This document shows, piece after piece, positions 42,733-52,906 of a DNA stretch of 64,000 nt. Origin of the DNA: Syntrophales bacterium (lineage in GTDB: Bacteria; Desulfobacterota; Syntrophia; Syntrophales; PHBD01). A program made the translations under genes and the position numbers. The stretch's first letter is position 1, and each line of letters opens with the position of its first letter. The notes beneath the pieces are model-generated. The model was not told where the DNA came from and searched no databases. It worked only from the letters and a program-made list of their open reading frames with translations. The stretch covers positions 960,001-1,024,000 of the forward strand of contig OY764159.1 of NCBI GenBank assembly GCA_963668175.1, in the 5' to 3' direction.

Positions 42733-44430
42733 ATGACTGCACAGAATGACTACTTGAGTAAACCTTGGCTGAAATCGTACGAAAAAGGCGTTCCGGAAAA
42801 AGTCGATTACGAGGAGATATGCCTGCCGGACATACTGGACCGGACAACGGCGCAATTTCCCGACAGGACAGCCTTTATTTTTCAGGGCTATACTATGACC
42901 TTCCGGCAGGTTAAGGACATGGTCGACCGCTTTGCCACCTGCCTGGTCGATTTTGGGGTCAAGCCCGGGGACGCCGTGGCCATCATCCTGCCTAACATGA
43001 TCCCGTGCGTCGTGGCCTATTATGCCATCCTGAAAATAGGGGCCATCGCCGTCATGAACAACCCCCTGTACTCCGATCCCGAACTGGAGCACCAGTTCAA
43101 CGATTCAGGTTCCAAGGTCCTGATAACCCTTGATCTGCTGGGGAACCGCATGATCGATCTCCGTGCCAAAACGAAGATCAACCATATCGTTTATACGTCC
43201 ATCGGGGATTATCTTCCCTTCCCGAAGAATCTTCTCTTTCCCCTGGTGGCCAAGAAGAAGAATTTGGCAAGAGACGTGAAACCGGCCCCGAACGTGTTCA
43301 AATGGAAGGATTGCATTGCCAAATACGGACCGAACCCGCCGAAGGTGAAATGCGATTTCAACGGCGTGGCCATGTACCAGTATACGGGCGGCACAACGGG
43401 AGTCTCGAAGGGGGTTATGCTGTCTCACGCCAATTTAAGCAAGCAGATTCAGCAATGCAAAGTCTGGTTCCCGAAATTTCATGGCACCGAGGAAATCATG
43501 CTGGGCGCCCTCCCGTATTTTCACGTTTTCGGGCTTTCCGTTTCCATGAATCTCGCCATTCTGATGGGATGGACGCAGATTCTTGTGCCGAGACCCCAGG
43601 CGGAACCGCTGCTGGAAACCATCAGGAAGTTCAGACCCACTTTTGCGCCGTTGGTACCTACCATGTATATCGGCATGCTGAACCATCCCGACATCAAGAA
43701 GACGGATATGAGCTGCATCAAAGGGGCCTTCTCGGGCAGCGCCCCGCTTCCCGTGGAAGTGATTCATGAATTCGAAAGAGTGACGGGCGCCGTCATCGTG
43801 GAGGGTTTCGGTATGACGGAAACAACGCCGGTCACACACATCAATCCGTTTGCCGGCGGGGCCAGGAAACCGGGCAGTATCGGCGTCCCCATTTCCGACA
43901 CTAGCTGCCGGATCATCGATCTGGAAACCGGGACAACCGATGTGCCTTATGGCGAACGGGGCGAGCTTATCGTCAAAGGACCTCAAATCATGCTCGGATA
44001 CAAGGGAAAGCCGCAGGAAACGGCCGAAACCTTAAAAGACGGCTGGGTTTATACGGGGGATATCGCGACGATGGATGACGACGGGTACTTCTATATCGTC
44101 GACCGCAAGAAGGACATGATCATCTCCGGCGGCTTTAACGTCTATCCCCGGGACATCGACGAGGTCTATTATCTGCACCCGAAGGTCCAGGAGGTCTGCT
44201 CCATTGGTATTCCCGATCCGAAACGGGGCGAGAACGTCAAGCTGTTCGTCGTTCTAAAGGAAGGAGAAACATCTACTGCCGACGAAATGATCGAGTACGG
44301 CAAGACAAAACTGGCCACGTATAAACTGCCTACAGAAGTGGAGTTCCGCAAAGAGCTGCCCAAGTCGAACGTGGGCAAAATTCTGCGTAAGGAACTGCGG
44401 GCCGAAGAGATGAAGAAGAGGGGCAAGTAA
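42733..44430 (+). CDS. fadD: Long-chain fatty-acid--CoA ligase
   Basis: YTGGTTGVSKG, EGFGMTE, YTGD, LPKSNVGK. Confidence 0.92.
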   Translation: MTAQNDYLSKPWLKSYEKGVPEKVDYEEICLPDILDRTTAQFPDRTAFIFQGYTMTFRQVKDMVDRFATCLVDFGVKPGDAVAIILPNMIPCVVAYYAILKIGAIAVMNNPLYSDPELEHQFNDSGSKVLITLDLLGNRMIDLRAKTKINHIVYTSIGDYLPFPKNLLFPLVAKKKNLARDVKPAPNVFKWKDCIAKYGPNPPKVKCDFNGVAMYQYTGGTTGVSKGVMLSHANLSKQIQQCKVWFPKFHGTEEIMLGALPYFHVFGLSVSMNLAILMGWTQILVPRPQAEPLLETIRKFRPTFAPLVPTMYIGMLNHPDIKKTDMSCIKGAFSGSAPLPVEVIHEFERVTGAVIVEGFGMTETTPVTHINPFAGGARKPGSIGVPISDTSCRIIDLETGTTDVPYGERGELIVKGPQIMLGYKGKPQETAETLKDGWVYTGDIATMDDDGYFYIVDRKKDMIISGGFNVYPRDIDEVYYLHPKVQEVCSIGIPDPKRGENVKLFVVLKEGETSTADEMIEYGKTKLATYKLPTEVEFRKELPKSNVGKILRKELRAEEMKKRGK

Positions 44431-44450
44431 AATCTTCGGCGGTTATCGAT

Positions 44451-44484
44451 AAAAGAAAAGGGCGGGGTGATCCCGCCCTTTTTT
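44451..44484. terminator. Bidirectional terminator between fadD and apgM
   Basis: AAAAGGGCGGG-GTGAT-CCCGCCCTTTTTT. Confidence 0.85.
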
Positions 44485-45693
44485 CTATGCTCCGAATTTT
44501 TCCAATCGGCCGGCATGGGCCAGGGCGACGGCCATCAGATGCCTCATGGGCATGCGCCCCAGTTCGCCGCCTATGCAGTCGCGCTCGCCGAAACGGCTGA
44601 CGCGGTCCGGGCGGCAAGCCTTCGCGGACAGCATAACAGGCACCGGGTGCCAGCTGTGGCCGGCCAGCGCGGCCGGCGTCGAATGATCTCCGGTTACGAC
44701 GAGAACATCGGGTTTCAACGCCATAACACGGGGTATCAGGGTGTCTACTTTTTCGATGACCTTCACTTTCTCGTCGAACTGGCCGTCCTCCCCGCGGGAG
44801 TCGGTGGGTTTGATATGCAGGAAGAAGAAATCGTAACGGTCGAACTGGTCGGCCAGGGCCGCAAATTCTTCCTCGATCGTATTCACGTTGCCGAGGACGG
44901 TCATACCCAGCAATCTCGCGATGCCGCGGTACATGGGATAGGTGGCGATCGCCACCGGATTGAGCTTGAAGCGTTCGTGAAGGCTTGGAAAACGGCGGTA
45001 TTTGGCGTAACCTCTGAGGAGCGGCATATTTGCCTTGGGCTCGTCGGCCAGGATGGCCTTGGCCTGTTCAACCAGTTCCGCCAGGATCGTTTCCGTCGTT
45101 TTGGCCTCCGGGATCAGAGCCCCAGGAAAAATGGGCGGCAAGCCCGTTTTTTGGGGGTCCGTCTCCGCGATTTCGTCGCGGAGCCCTTCTCCCCTCACGA
45201 CGAGCAGGGCCCGGTGCTCTTTCACCGATTCGAAAAGGACTTCGGCCCCGGTCTTCATCTTCAGGTTGCTCTGCAATTTCCGGCATATTCGCTGATTGGT
45301 TTCGCTGTCGATGCGGCCTGCGCGGCGGTCTGTGACGATACCATTCTTGTCGATCGTGGCGAAATTGATCCTGATGAGCAAGTCCCTTTCCGTCATGGGA
45401 TAATCGATTCCGGCGGCTTCCAGAATGCCCCGGCCGACGGAATAGGTTACGGGGTCGTAGCCGAACAGGGCGAAATGGGCGGGGCCGCTGCCGGGCGTGA
45501 TGCCGTAGCCTACCGGGTCCAGGAGCCCGCAAATGCCTCCCTTGGCCAGTTCGTCCAGGTGCGGCGTAGCGGCCGATTCAAGCTCGGTCAGGCCGCTGCC
45601 TGCCGTCGGGAGGCCCCCCAGGCCGTCCATGATCAGGAAGACGATTTTCGTATTGCCGGGCATGGAGAGGGAGTCGGTTAATTCAGAAGGCAC
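44485..45693 (-). CDS. apgM: 2,3-BPG-independent phosphoglycerate mutase, ApgM type
   Basis: MDGLGG, PGSGPAH, DRRAGR, GEDG, TGDHSTP, HSWHPVP. Confidence 0.9.
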   Translation of the reverse strand: MPSELTDSLSMPGNTKIVFLIMDGLGGLPTAGSGLTELESAATPHLDELAKGGICGLLDPVGYGITPGSGPAHFALFGYDPVTYSVGRGILEAAGIDYPMTERDLLIRINFATIDKNGIVTDRRAGRIDSETNQRICRKLQSNLKMKTGAEVLFESVKEHRALLVVRGEGLRDEIAETDPQKTGLPPIFPGALIPEAKTTETILAELVEQAKAILADEPKANMPLLRGYAKYRRFPSLHERFKLNPVAIATYPMYRGIARLLGMTVLGNVNTIEEEFAALADQFDRYDFFFLHIKPTDSRGEDGQFDEKVKVIEKVDTLIPRVMALKPDVLVVTGDHSTPAALAGHSWHPVPVMLSAKACRPDRVSRFGERDCIGGELGRMPMRHLMAVALAHAGRLEKFGA

Positions 45694-47080
45694 GTTTCAC
45701 CTCGCCGAAATGCGTCAGCGCCTGTTTGCCGATCGGATAGACGTTGAATCCGATCTCGAAGCATCGCTTGTGGTTGACGATATTGCGGCCGTCGAAAATG
45801 AAGGCCGGCTTAATCATGGAATCGAAAAGCTTTTGATAATCTAGCGTACGGTACAGATCCCACTCCGTCATGACGGCAATGGCGTGGCAGCCTTCCGCCG
45901 CTTTATAGGGATCGTCGATGTATTCGATGTGTCCCTCCAAACCTGCGAGATCCTCCCTGGCGTGAGGCAGGGCTTTCGGATCGGAGATGACGACGTCCGC
46001 TTTTTCCGCCAGGAGCATCCGGGCGATATAGATGGCGGGGCTTTCCCGTGTGTCGCCCGTGTTGGCCTTGAACGCGAAGCCGAAAAGACAAATTCTTTTG
46101 CCGGATAAAGTATCGAACATGGCATGGAGCATATTCATGAGAAAGCGGTTCTGCTGGTATTCGTTCATCCTGACGACGCTTTCCCAATAATCGGCGACTT
46201 CATCGAGCCCGTAATGCTTGCACAGGTAAACGAGGTTCAGAATGTCTTTCTTGAAGCACGAGCCCCCGAATCCGATGCTCGCGTTTAGGAACTTGGGGCC
46301 GACCCGGCTGTCCATGCCTATCGCCCGCGCCACTTCGTAGACGTCCGCCTCTGTCTTTTCGCAGAGGGCCGAGATGGCGTTGATGGACGAGATCCTCTGG
46401 GCGAGGAAGGCGTTGGCGACCAGCTTGGAAAGCTCGCTGCTCCAGATATTGGATGTGAGGATCCTGTCTTTCGGCACCCAGTTGGCGTAAATGTCAACCA
46501 ATACCTGGCGCGCCTTGAGGCCGCTTTCGGTCACTTTCGACCCGATCAGGATGCGGTCCGGATTTTCCAGGTCTTTCATGGCCGATCCCTCTGCCAGGAA
46601 CTCCGGATTGGAGAGGACGTCGAAATGCACGTTGCTGTCCGTGTGGTTCAGGATGTTCTCCAAAGCCTGGGCGGTTCTCACCGGGATCGTGCTCTTTTCG
46701 ATGACGATCTTCGATGATGCAGCGTTCCTGAGAATCTGCCGCGCAGTCTGTTCGAGATACTGTACGTTGGCCGCCATGCCTGAGCCGACGCCGAATGTCT
46801 TGGTGGGCGTATTGACGCAAACGAAGATGATGTCGTTGTCCCGAATGCCGGCGTCAACGTCCGTGCTGAAAAAGAGGTTCTTGCCTCTGGCCTGCATGAC
46901 GATTTCTTCAAGGCCCGGTTCGTAGATGGGAAGCTCCTGCGAATTCCAGGCGGCAATCCTCTCCGGATTGATGTCGACGACGGTCACCCTGTACCGGGGA
47001 CATTGTTTGGCGATCATGGCCATGGTCGGCCCGCCGACATACCCGGCGCCGATACAAAGGATCTTCTTTTCAAAATTCAT
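45683..47080 (-). CDS. ugd: UDP-glucose 6-dehydrogenase
   Basis: CIGAGYVGGPT, SNPEFLAEG, GFGGSCFKKD, DTRES. Confidence 0.95.
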   Translation of the reverse strand: MNFEKKILCIGAGYVGGPTMAMIAKQCPRYRVTVVDINPERIAAWNSQELPIYEPGLEEIVMQARGKNLFFSTDVDAGIRDNDIIFVCVNTPTKTFGVGSGMAANVQYLEQTARQILRNAASSKIVIEKSTIPVRTAQALENILNHTDSNVHFDVLSNPEFLAEGSAMKDLENPDRILIGSKVTESGLKARQVLVDIYANWVPKDRILTSNIWSSELSKLVANAFLAQRISSINAISALCEKTEADVYEVARAIGMDSRVGPKFLNASIGFGGSCFKKDILNLVYLCKHYGLDEVADYWESVVRMNEYQQNRFLMNMLHAMFDTLSGKRICLFGFAFKANTGDTRESPAIYIARMLLAEKADVVISDPKALPHAREDLAGLEGHIEYIDDPYKAAEGCHAIAVMTEWDLYRTLDYQKLFDSMIKPAFIFDGRNIVNHKRCFEIGFNVYPIGKQALTHFGEVKRAF

Positions 47081-47177
47081 ATATCCTGCCTCACTTGTTG
47101 CTGATGTTTTCCGGTCTCTGAGCCGGATGCTCTGATGAAATAGTCGATTGCCGTACACGGAGATGCAACGGTATGCC

Positions 47178-48119
47178 TCAGGAACCGTACATCCGTTTGA
47201 AATAGTCGATCGTATTTTTCAATCCCTGCTCGACGCCGATTTGCGGTTTCCAGGCAAGCTTTTCGGCCGCGAGCGATATGTCCGGTCGGCGCTGAACGGG
47301 GTCGTCCTGGGGGATGTCCTTGAAGATGATTTCCGATTGAGCCCCCGTCAGGCGGATGATCATTTCGGCGAGCGCCAGAATCGTGTACTCTTCCGGGTTA
47401 CCGAGATTGAGGGGACCGGTAAAGTTGTCGGCCGTTTCCATCATTGCGATCATGCCCGTAATGAGGTCGTCGACGTAGCAGAATGAACGCGTCTGCGACC
47501 CGTCTCCGTATACGGTTATCGCTTTACCCTTCAGGGCCTGGGTTATAAAATTACTGACGACCCGGCCGTCGTTTTCCGCCATTCGCGGACCGTAGGTATT
47601 GAATATGCGAATAATCTTGATGTTCACGCGATTTTGGCGGTGATAATCCATCATGAGGCATTCCGCCGCCCGCTTGCCTTCATCGTAACAGCTCCTGATG
47701 CCGATGGGGTTCACCTTTCCCCAGTAACTCTCCGTCTGGGGGTGCTCTTCCGGGTTACCGTACACTTCGGACGTCGAGGCCTGCAGGACCTTGGCCTTCA
47801 CCCGCTTGGCGATGCCGAGGGCGTTGATCGTGCCCATGATGTTCGTCTTGATGGTCTTGATCGGATTGTACTGGTAATGGACCGGCGATGCCGGGCAGGC
47901 CAGGTTGTATATTTCGTCCACTTCCAGATAAATGGGGTTGGTGATATCGTGGCGGATGAATTCGAAACGGGGATTCCCCAGGAGGTGAATGATATTGTCT
48001 CTGCTGCCCGTGTAGAGGTTGTCGAGACAAATGATATCGTGGCCGGCGGCAAGCAGGCGTTCGCACAGATGGGAACCCAGGAAGCCCGCTCCACCTGTAA
48101 TCAGGATACGTTTTCTCAT
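47178..48119 (-). CDS. UDP-glucuronate decarboxylase (UDP-xylose synthase) family
   Basis: [34 protein letters not shown]. Confidence 0.93.
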   Translation of the reverse strand: MRKRILITGGAGFLGSHLCERLLAAGHDIICLDNLYTGSRDNIIHLLGNPRFEFIRHDITNPIYLEVDEIYNLACPASPVHYQYNPIKTIKTNIMGTINALGIAKRVKAKVLQASTSEVYGNPEEHPQTESYWGKVNPIGIRSCYDEGKRAAECLMMDYHRQNRVNIKIIRIFNTYGPRMAENDGRVVSNFITQALKGKAITVYGDGSQTRSFCYVDDLITGMIAMMETADNFTGPLNLGNPEEYTILALAEMIIRLTGAQSEIIFKDIPQDDPVQRRPDISLAAEKLAWKPQIGVEQGLKNTIDYFKRMYGS

Positions 48120-48308
48120 AGACCGTCCATAAAAGCTACGTCACCGGCGGCAACCCGTCTGAAGAATATGAGCAGGCCCGATTTTTTTTACGTGGCATAT
48201 TCCTCCGCGCGCTGTTATAAAACACAAATCTTTTTCTCCTGTCAATAGAAAACGGGAGGGGAGAAACGATTAACATCCGGAAATTTTAATCTTCTAGGCA
48301 CACTTACG

Positions 48309-49172
48309 GTGTTTGACATGGAGCCGACGGAAAAACAGAAGAAGGGTATTCTTTACGTCGTTGCGACCCCCATCGGCAATATGGAGGATATAACTTTGCG
48401 CGCCGTCCGGATCCTTGGGGAGGTCGACCTGATAGCCGCCGAGGATACCAGGAGGACGGCCAAACTGCTCGCCGCCCATCGGATCAATACGCCCATGACG
48501 AGCCTGCACGATCAGAACGAACGGCAAAAGAGCCGTACGGTCATCGCCTCCCTCAGGAAAGGTCTGAATGTAGCCTATGTTTCCGATGCCGGTACGCCCG
48601 GCCTGTCCGATCCCGGCTACATCCTCATCAATCAGGCCATTGCCGAAGAAATCCGGGTTGTCCCCATTCCCGGCCCGGCTGCGGTCGTCGCGGCCTTAAG
48701 TGTTTCCGGACTGCCCATGAGCCGTTTCCTTTTCCTCGGGTTTCTGCCGCCGAAAGCGGCCCGTCGGCGGCAACTCCTTTCGGAACTTATCCATGAACCG
48801 GGTACGCTTGTATTCTATGAATCGCCGAACCGCCTGCAGGCCGCCCTGGCGGACGTGAAGGAAGTGATGGGCGATCGTCAAATCGTTGTGCTTCGCGAAT
48901 TGACCAAGATTTATGAGGAGGTTGTGAGGGGAACGGTTTCGGAAGTTGCGGCCGCCTTCGTAGAGAAGATCATCAAAGGGGAAGTGACATTGCTGGTGAG
49001 CGGTTTCAAGGAAGACGATTCAATAATAACGGATGAGACGATCATCGCGAAACTCGAAACGCTTTTTAAGGCGGGAGGGCTTTCGAGAAGGGATGTCGTG
49101 GATCGGGTTGCGGGTGATCTCGATCTGCCCCGCCAAAGGGTATACCGTCTGGCGATAAAGCTTGATTTTTGA
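48309..49172 (+). CDS. rsmI: 16S rRNA C1402 2'-O-methyltransferase
   Basis: ATPIGN, AEDTR, SDAGTPG, YESPNR, RELTKIYEE. The start may be 48318. Confidence 0.95.
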   Translation: MFDMEPTEKQKKGILYVVATPIGNMEDITLRAVRILGEVDLIAAEDTRRTAKLLAAHRINTPMTSLHDQNERQKSRTVIASLRKGLNVAYVSDAGTPGLSDPGYILINQAIAEEIRVVPIPGPAAVVAALSVSGLPMSRFLFLGFLPPKAARRRQLLSELIHEPGTLVFYESPNRLQAALADVKEVMGDRQIVVLRELTKIYEEVVRGTVSEVAAAFVEKIIKGEVTLLVSGFKEDDSIITDETIIAKLETLFKAGGLSRRDVVDRVAGDLDLPRQRVYRLAIKLDF

Positions 49173-49363
49173 AGTGATTTACTGATTTTTATTCCCTTGA
49201 ACTGTTGATATAGATATGATAGCCTGCGCCGCATAAGAAATGTGGCCCCGTGCGGTTAGCAGCATCGGTGAGGAGCCGGTACAGACTGCTGGGAACGGAA
49301 AATAAAACAATCACCGAGGGGCCGTGCGTAACATCATCGACGGTGATCGTCTGTAACGGAGAT

Positions 49364-49735
49364 ATGGAAACGAGCATGACGGTGGAGCAAGACCTATTGG
49401 ACAAGTACGGAGACAGGCAAAGCAAAACCGCGGGCAGAGATGACGGTCCCCGTCCCGATGAAAAGATATATGATCTGGTTGATGTGATCTCCACAGGCAC
49501 GGCCGAAGGCGACGGTGATGCAGGGAGCAGGATCAGTCCCCCGGCCGGGAAGATACATGATCTCGTCGACGTCGTAAAAGACGATTATCTTGTGGTGTCT
49601 TGCGACAAGGAACTCGAGGCGGCTGTCATGAAGAAAGTCTCGGAGATTACGGAACGGATCACCAAGGAACTCGTTCCCGATATCGCGGAACGGGTCATCC
49701 GTGAAGAAATTGAGAAATTAAAGGGCCAGGGCTGA
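49364..49735 (+). CDS. Small acidic hypothetical protein with a PopZ/RomR-like C-terminal helix
   Basis: Repeated KI(Y/H)DLVDV motifs, C-terminus LVPDIAERVIREEIEKLK. Start uncertain. Confidence 0.6.
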   Translation: METSMTVEQDLLDKYGDRQSKTAGRDDGPRPDEKIYDLVDVISTGTAEGDGDAGSRISPPAGKIHDLVDVVKDDYLVVSCDKELEAAVMKKVSEITERITKELVPDIAERVIREEIEKLKGQG

Positions 49736-49738
49736 GGT

Positions 49739-50422
49739 ATGATGAGCCGCAGCGCCCCGGCGCGGATTATGAAGCAGTCACTACTCTCCGCCATCCTGAT
49801 TTCCGGCTTTGTCTTAACGTTTCTTGAAGGGAGCCTTCCGGCGCAAGAGATCGCGGGTAAGGAACTGCTGACAGCAGATGTCGAGGGCACGGCCGTTGTC
49901 CGGAATAACGACCTGGCCAGGGCCAGGGACGAGGCGATCAGGGACGCCCTCCAGAATGCCGTCGATAAAGCCGAGGCCGAATTGTCGGGCAGAGGGCAAA
50001 CAAATAAGCCGAAACGGTTCAGTGCCGAGAAATACGTCCGCAGTTACCGGATTTTAAGCGAAAAGCAGGCAGGCGTCGTTTACAAAGTCGACGTCAGTGC
50101 TGTCGTAGATGCCGCACTCCTCTTTGACGAGACCTATGCCCGCAAGGCGAAGCAGCCGCCGAAAAAGATCACCCTGACCGTACGCGGTATAACAAATTAC
50201 ACGGACTATGGACGCATTAGGGATTATCTCGATTTGCAGGTGAAACATTGCGGCCGGCTGTCCCCGAGAATGATCGCCTGGCAAAGGGTGGACTTCGAAC
50301 TCGATTTATGCGAATCAGCGGAAATCTTTGCAGATGCATTGAGTCGCCGTGCGCCGGTTGCCATGAATACAGGACTTGTTGCCTCTGATACCATAGAGAT
50401 GGACCTTGCGGGTGGAAAATAG
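49739..50422 (+). CDS. Exported protein with a FlgT-N-like domain
   Basis: Signal peptide, then EGTAVV...ARARDEAIRDALQNAV. Confidence 0.6.
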   Translation: MMSRSAPARIMKQSLLSAILISGFVLTFLEGSLPAQEIAGKELLTADVEGTAVVRNNDLARARDEAIRDALQNAVDKAEAELSGRGQTNKPKRFSAEKYVRSYRILSEKQAGVVYKVDVSAVVDAALLFDETYARKAKQPPKKITLTVRGITNYTDYGRIRDYLDLQVKHCGRLSPRMIAWQRVDFELDLCESAEIFADALSRRAPVAMNTGLVASDTIEMDLAGGK

Positions 50423-50510
50423 ATCTGCCCGGAAATGGATGGAAGCGGATAAATATGGGAACCGTCATTCAAGTGACGGGGCGTTTAAAAAAACTCCAAT
50501 CGGGTTGTAG

Positions 50511-51086
50511 ATGAAGATCTTTTCTAGTCGCTTCTGTAAATGGGTCATTGTTGCCGCGGGGTTGGTCTTTCTTTTGGCGTGTGCCGGAAAGATTCCCCAT
50601 ATGCTTGTTGCCGACTACGGCAAAAGGGGAATACGGCTCATTGCGGTTATGCCCGTCGTGAATAAATCCCAGGACGAAAAGGCGGCGGCGATGCTCCGGG
50701 ACAAAACCCTGGAGGCCTTGTTTCAGAAGGGATACCCCAAAATTCCTTTCCAGGTCATCGATGAAAAGATTCAGCCGAAAGACATCTCCGATTTGAATAA
50801 GATGCGGGACCTTCTGGGAGTCGATGCCGTAATGCTGATAACCCTGGAACAGAGCTCCCGGTCGATGACCCTGACATATGCCCGGACATATATAGAGGCG
50901 AGTTTTGTGATGCGAAACGCCAAGACCGGCGAAGTTCTGTGGGAAGTGAAATATCATACGGGCGACCGCAATATCGACGTCTCGAAGAAACGGGCGGAAT
51001 TAAAGTCTGTCCAATCATACGAGCCTATGATACAGGAAGTGGTGGACCGCGCCGTTGAGACGCTTCCCGATGGTCCGGATCTGTGA
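50511..51086 (+). CDS. Lipoprotein, DUF799/GNA1162-like
   Basis: Lipobox LLAC, IAVMPVVN, GVDAV, KTGEVLW. Confidence 0.7.
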   Translation: MKIFSSRFCKWVIVAAGLVFLLACAGKIPHMLVADYGKRGIRLIAVMPVVNKSQDEKAAAMLRDKTLEALFQKGYPKIPFQVIDEKIQPKDISDLNKMRDLLGVDAVMLITLEQSSRSMTLTYARTYIEASFVMRNAKTGEVLWEVKYHTGDRNIDVSKKRAELKSVQSYEPMIQEVVDRAVETLPDGPDL

Positions 51087-51142
51087 AGTCCCTGTCGTCG
51101 GCAGCCATAATACATGAAAGTGCATGTCTGAAGGAGGTATTT

Positions 51143-51913
51143 ATGGGAAAGAGAATCCTCACGGTAGCGGTGTTGATATGCTCCTGTCTCCTGATCGCAT
51201 CCCAGGCTGTCGGGGCGGAAAGAGTAATGACATTGAAAATCGGGAAAGGACAGGCCCTGGTCAGCGTCCTTTCCGGTTCAGCCCAGGTCCGCCCTGCGGA
51301 CAAGACGACATGGCGCACCCTGAAGGTCAACGAATACCTGAAGGGCGGTGATGAAGTGACGACCGGATCGAGGTCGCGAATGGAGCTTGTCCTGCCTGAC
51401 AATTCCAGGGTTCGCTTTGCCGACAACAGCCGTTTCAAGGTCGTACAGCTCGATGCGGCGCCCGATTCCCGCAATGTCCGGATCAATGTGGCGGTGGGAA
51501 GGACTTGGGCCAATGTGTCCAGGGCCCTGGGGGGCAAAAGCCGATTTGAACTGTCCTGCGATAATGCCGTGGCCGGTGTCAGGGGCACGATCTATCGAAT
51601 GAACGTGAATGACGACAGCTCGGCGCTCGTAAGAGTTTACGACGGCGAGGTGGCCGTGAGCGGCGGTCAACCCGCGGAAAAAAAGACAGGGGCCAAACCG
51701 CCGGTTCTGGGAGCACCGACCAAGGTGGAAGGGCCCAAGAAAGTGGAGGGACCCAAGAAAATATCGATGGAAGAATGGGTATATCTCGTCCGCTCCATGC
51801 AGCAGATCAGCATTTCCAAGACCGGTGTTCCGGATAAGCCGCGAAGCTTTTCGGAGCAGGAAGACCGCGACGAATGGGTCGACTGGAACCGGGCCAAAGA
51901 CGCAGAATATTAA
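51143..51913 (+). CDS. Exported FecR-domain protein
   Basis: AAGGAGG RBS, signal peptide, GDEVTTG..SR, AGVRGT, VYDGEV. Confidence 0.8.
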   Translation: MGKRILTVAVLICSCLLIASQAVGAERVMTLKIGKGQALVSVLSGSAQVRPADKTTWRTLKVNEYLKGGDEVTTGSRSRMELVLPDNSRVRFADNSRFKVVQLDAAPDSRNVRINVAVGRTWANVSRALGGKSRFELSCDNAVAGVRGTIYRMNVNDDSSALVRVYDGEVAVSGGQPAEKKTGAKPPVLGAPTKVEGPKKVEGPKKISMEEWVYLVRSMQQISISKTGVPDKPRSFSEQEDRDEWVDWNRAKDAEY

Positions 51914-51933
51914 GAGGTGGATTTGCGCGCGGC

Positions 51934-52503
51934 ATGCTGATGAATATCCCTAATATCCTTACTTTATTAAGGATTATTCTTGTCCCGGTTATCGTCATCC
52001 TCCTTATGGACGGTTCGTTTTGTGTCGCTCTCGTCCTCTTGGTGGTTTCAGGCGTTACGGATGTTCTGGACGGTTTTCTGGCCAGGGTATTGCATCAGCA
52101 GACGGTCCTTGGCGCCTATCTTGATCCTATCGCGGACAAGGCCCTGATGATCAGTTGTTTTGTCACCCTTTCGGTCAAGAAATTCATCCCCGGCTGGCTC
52201 TCGGTCATCGTCATAAGCAGGGACTGTATTATCATGCTTGGCGTATCCGTATTGACAATGCTGTCCGTTCCGTTTAAAATTAAACCCATACTGCTCAGCA
52301 AATTGACGACACTGGTCCAGATCGTCACGATTCTGGCCGTACTCGTCAAAAAGTGCTGGTCGCCGAATATGCAGCAGGCTATACCCCTGGATACCCTCTT
52401 CTTGGTGACGGCCGTCATGACGGTTATTACGGGACTCCATTATATGTCCATAGGGGTCAAATATATCAACCGTGCTTCTCAGCCTCCGGCAAGCGGTGAC
52501 TGA
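51934..52503 (+). CDS. CDP-alcohol phosphatidyltransferase (PgsA-like)
   Basis: NIPNILT, TDVLDGFLAR...GAYLDPIADK. Confidence 0.9.
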   Translation: MLMNIPNILTLLRIILVPVIVILLMDGSFCVALVLLVVSGVTDVLDGFLARVLHQQTVLGAYLDPIADKALMISCFVTLSVKKFIPGWLSVIVISRDCIIMLGVSVLTMLSVPFKIKPILLSKLTTLVQIVTILAVLVKKCWSPNMQQAIPLDTLFLVTAVMTVITGLHYMSIGVKYINRASQPPASGD

Positions 52504-52625
52504 ACGATGTTGCCGGACCGGCTTGGGAAATCCCCGCAGGGCGGGCCTTCGGGGCAAGCTGCGGGAGAATGGCCGGCGGGACGGTACTTCCGGCGGCGCT
52601 TTTTGAAATAGAGTTAATATTTGCC

Positions 52626-52654
52626 TTGACATAGCGGTATTTTGCTGTTACAAG
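52626..52654 (+). promoter_or_regulatory. Sigma70-like promoter of tRNA-Val/thrS
   Basis: TTGACA-17 bp-TACAAG. Confidence 0.6.
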
Positions 52655-52684
52655 GGAGCGCTTTCCTAGGGAAGTTAGTCATAT

Positions 52685-52759
52685 AGGCACGTAGCTCAGG
52701 GGGAGAGCGCCATCCTGACGCGGTGGATGTCCAGGGTTCAAATCCCTGCGTGCCTACCA
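52685..52759 (+). tRNA. tRNA-Val (anticodon GAC)
   Basis: AGGCACG acceptor, CCATC-CTGACGC-GGTGG anticodon arm, GGTTCAAATCC, CGTGCCT-A-CCA. Confidence 0.97.
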
Positions 52760-52906
52760 TTTCTTATTGACAAGTACCATCGTGACGGTAGCAATGGTGA
52801 GGGCATCATCAAGTTTAGAAACGCGATGATGCCCTTTCTTAATCGGGATGATTGTCATAAAATCAGGACCGTTTAACATGAACCGGTCGATGGATGGGAT
52901 GTTTGT

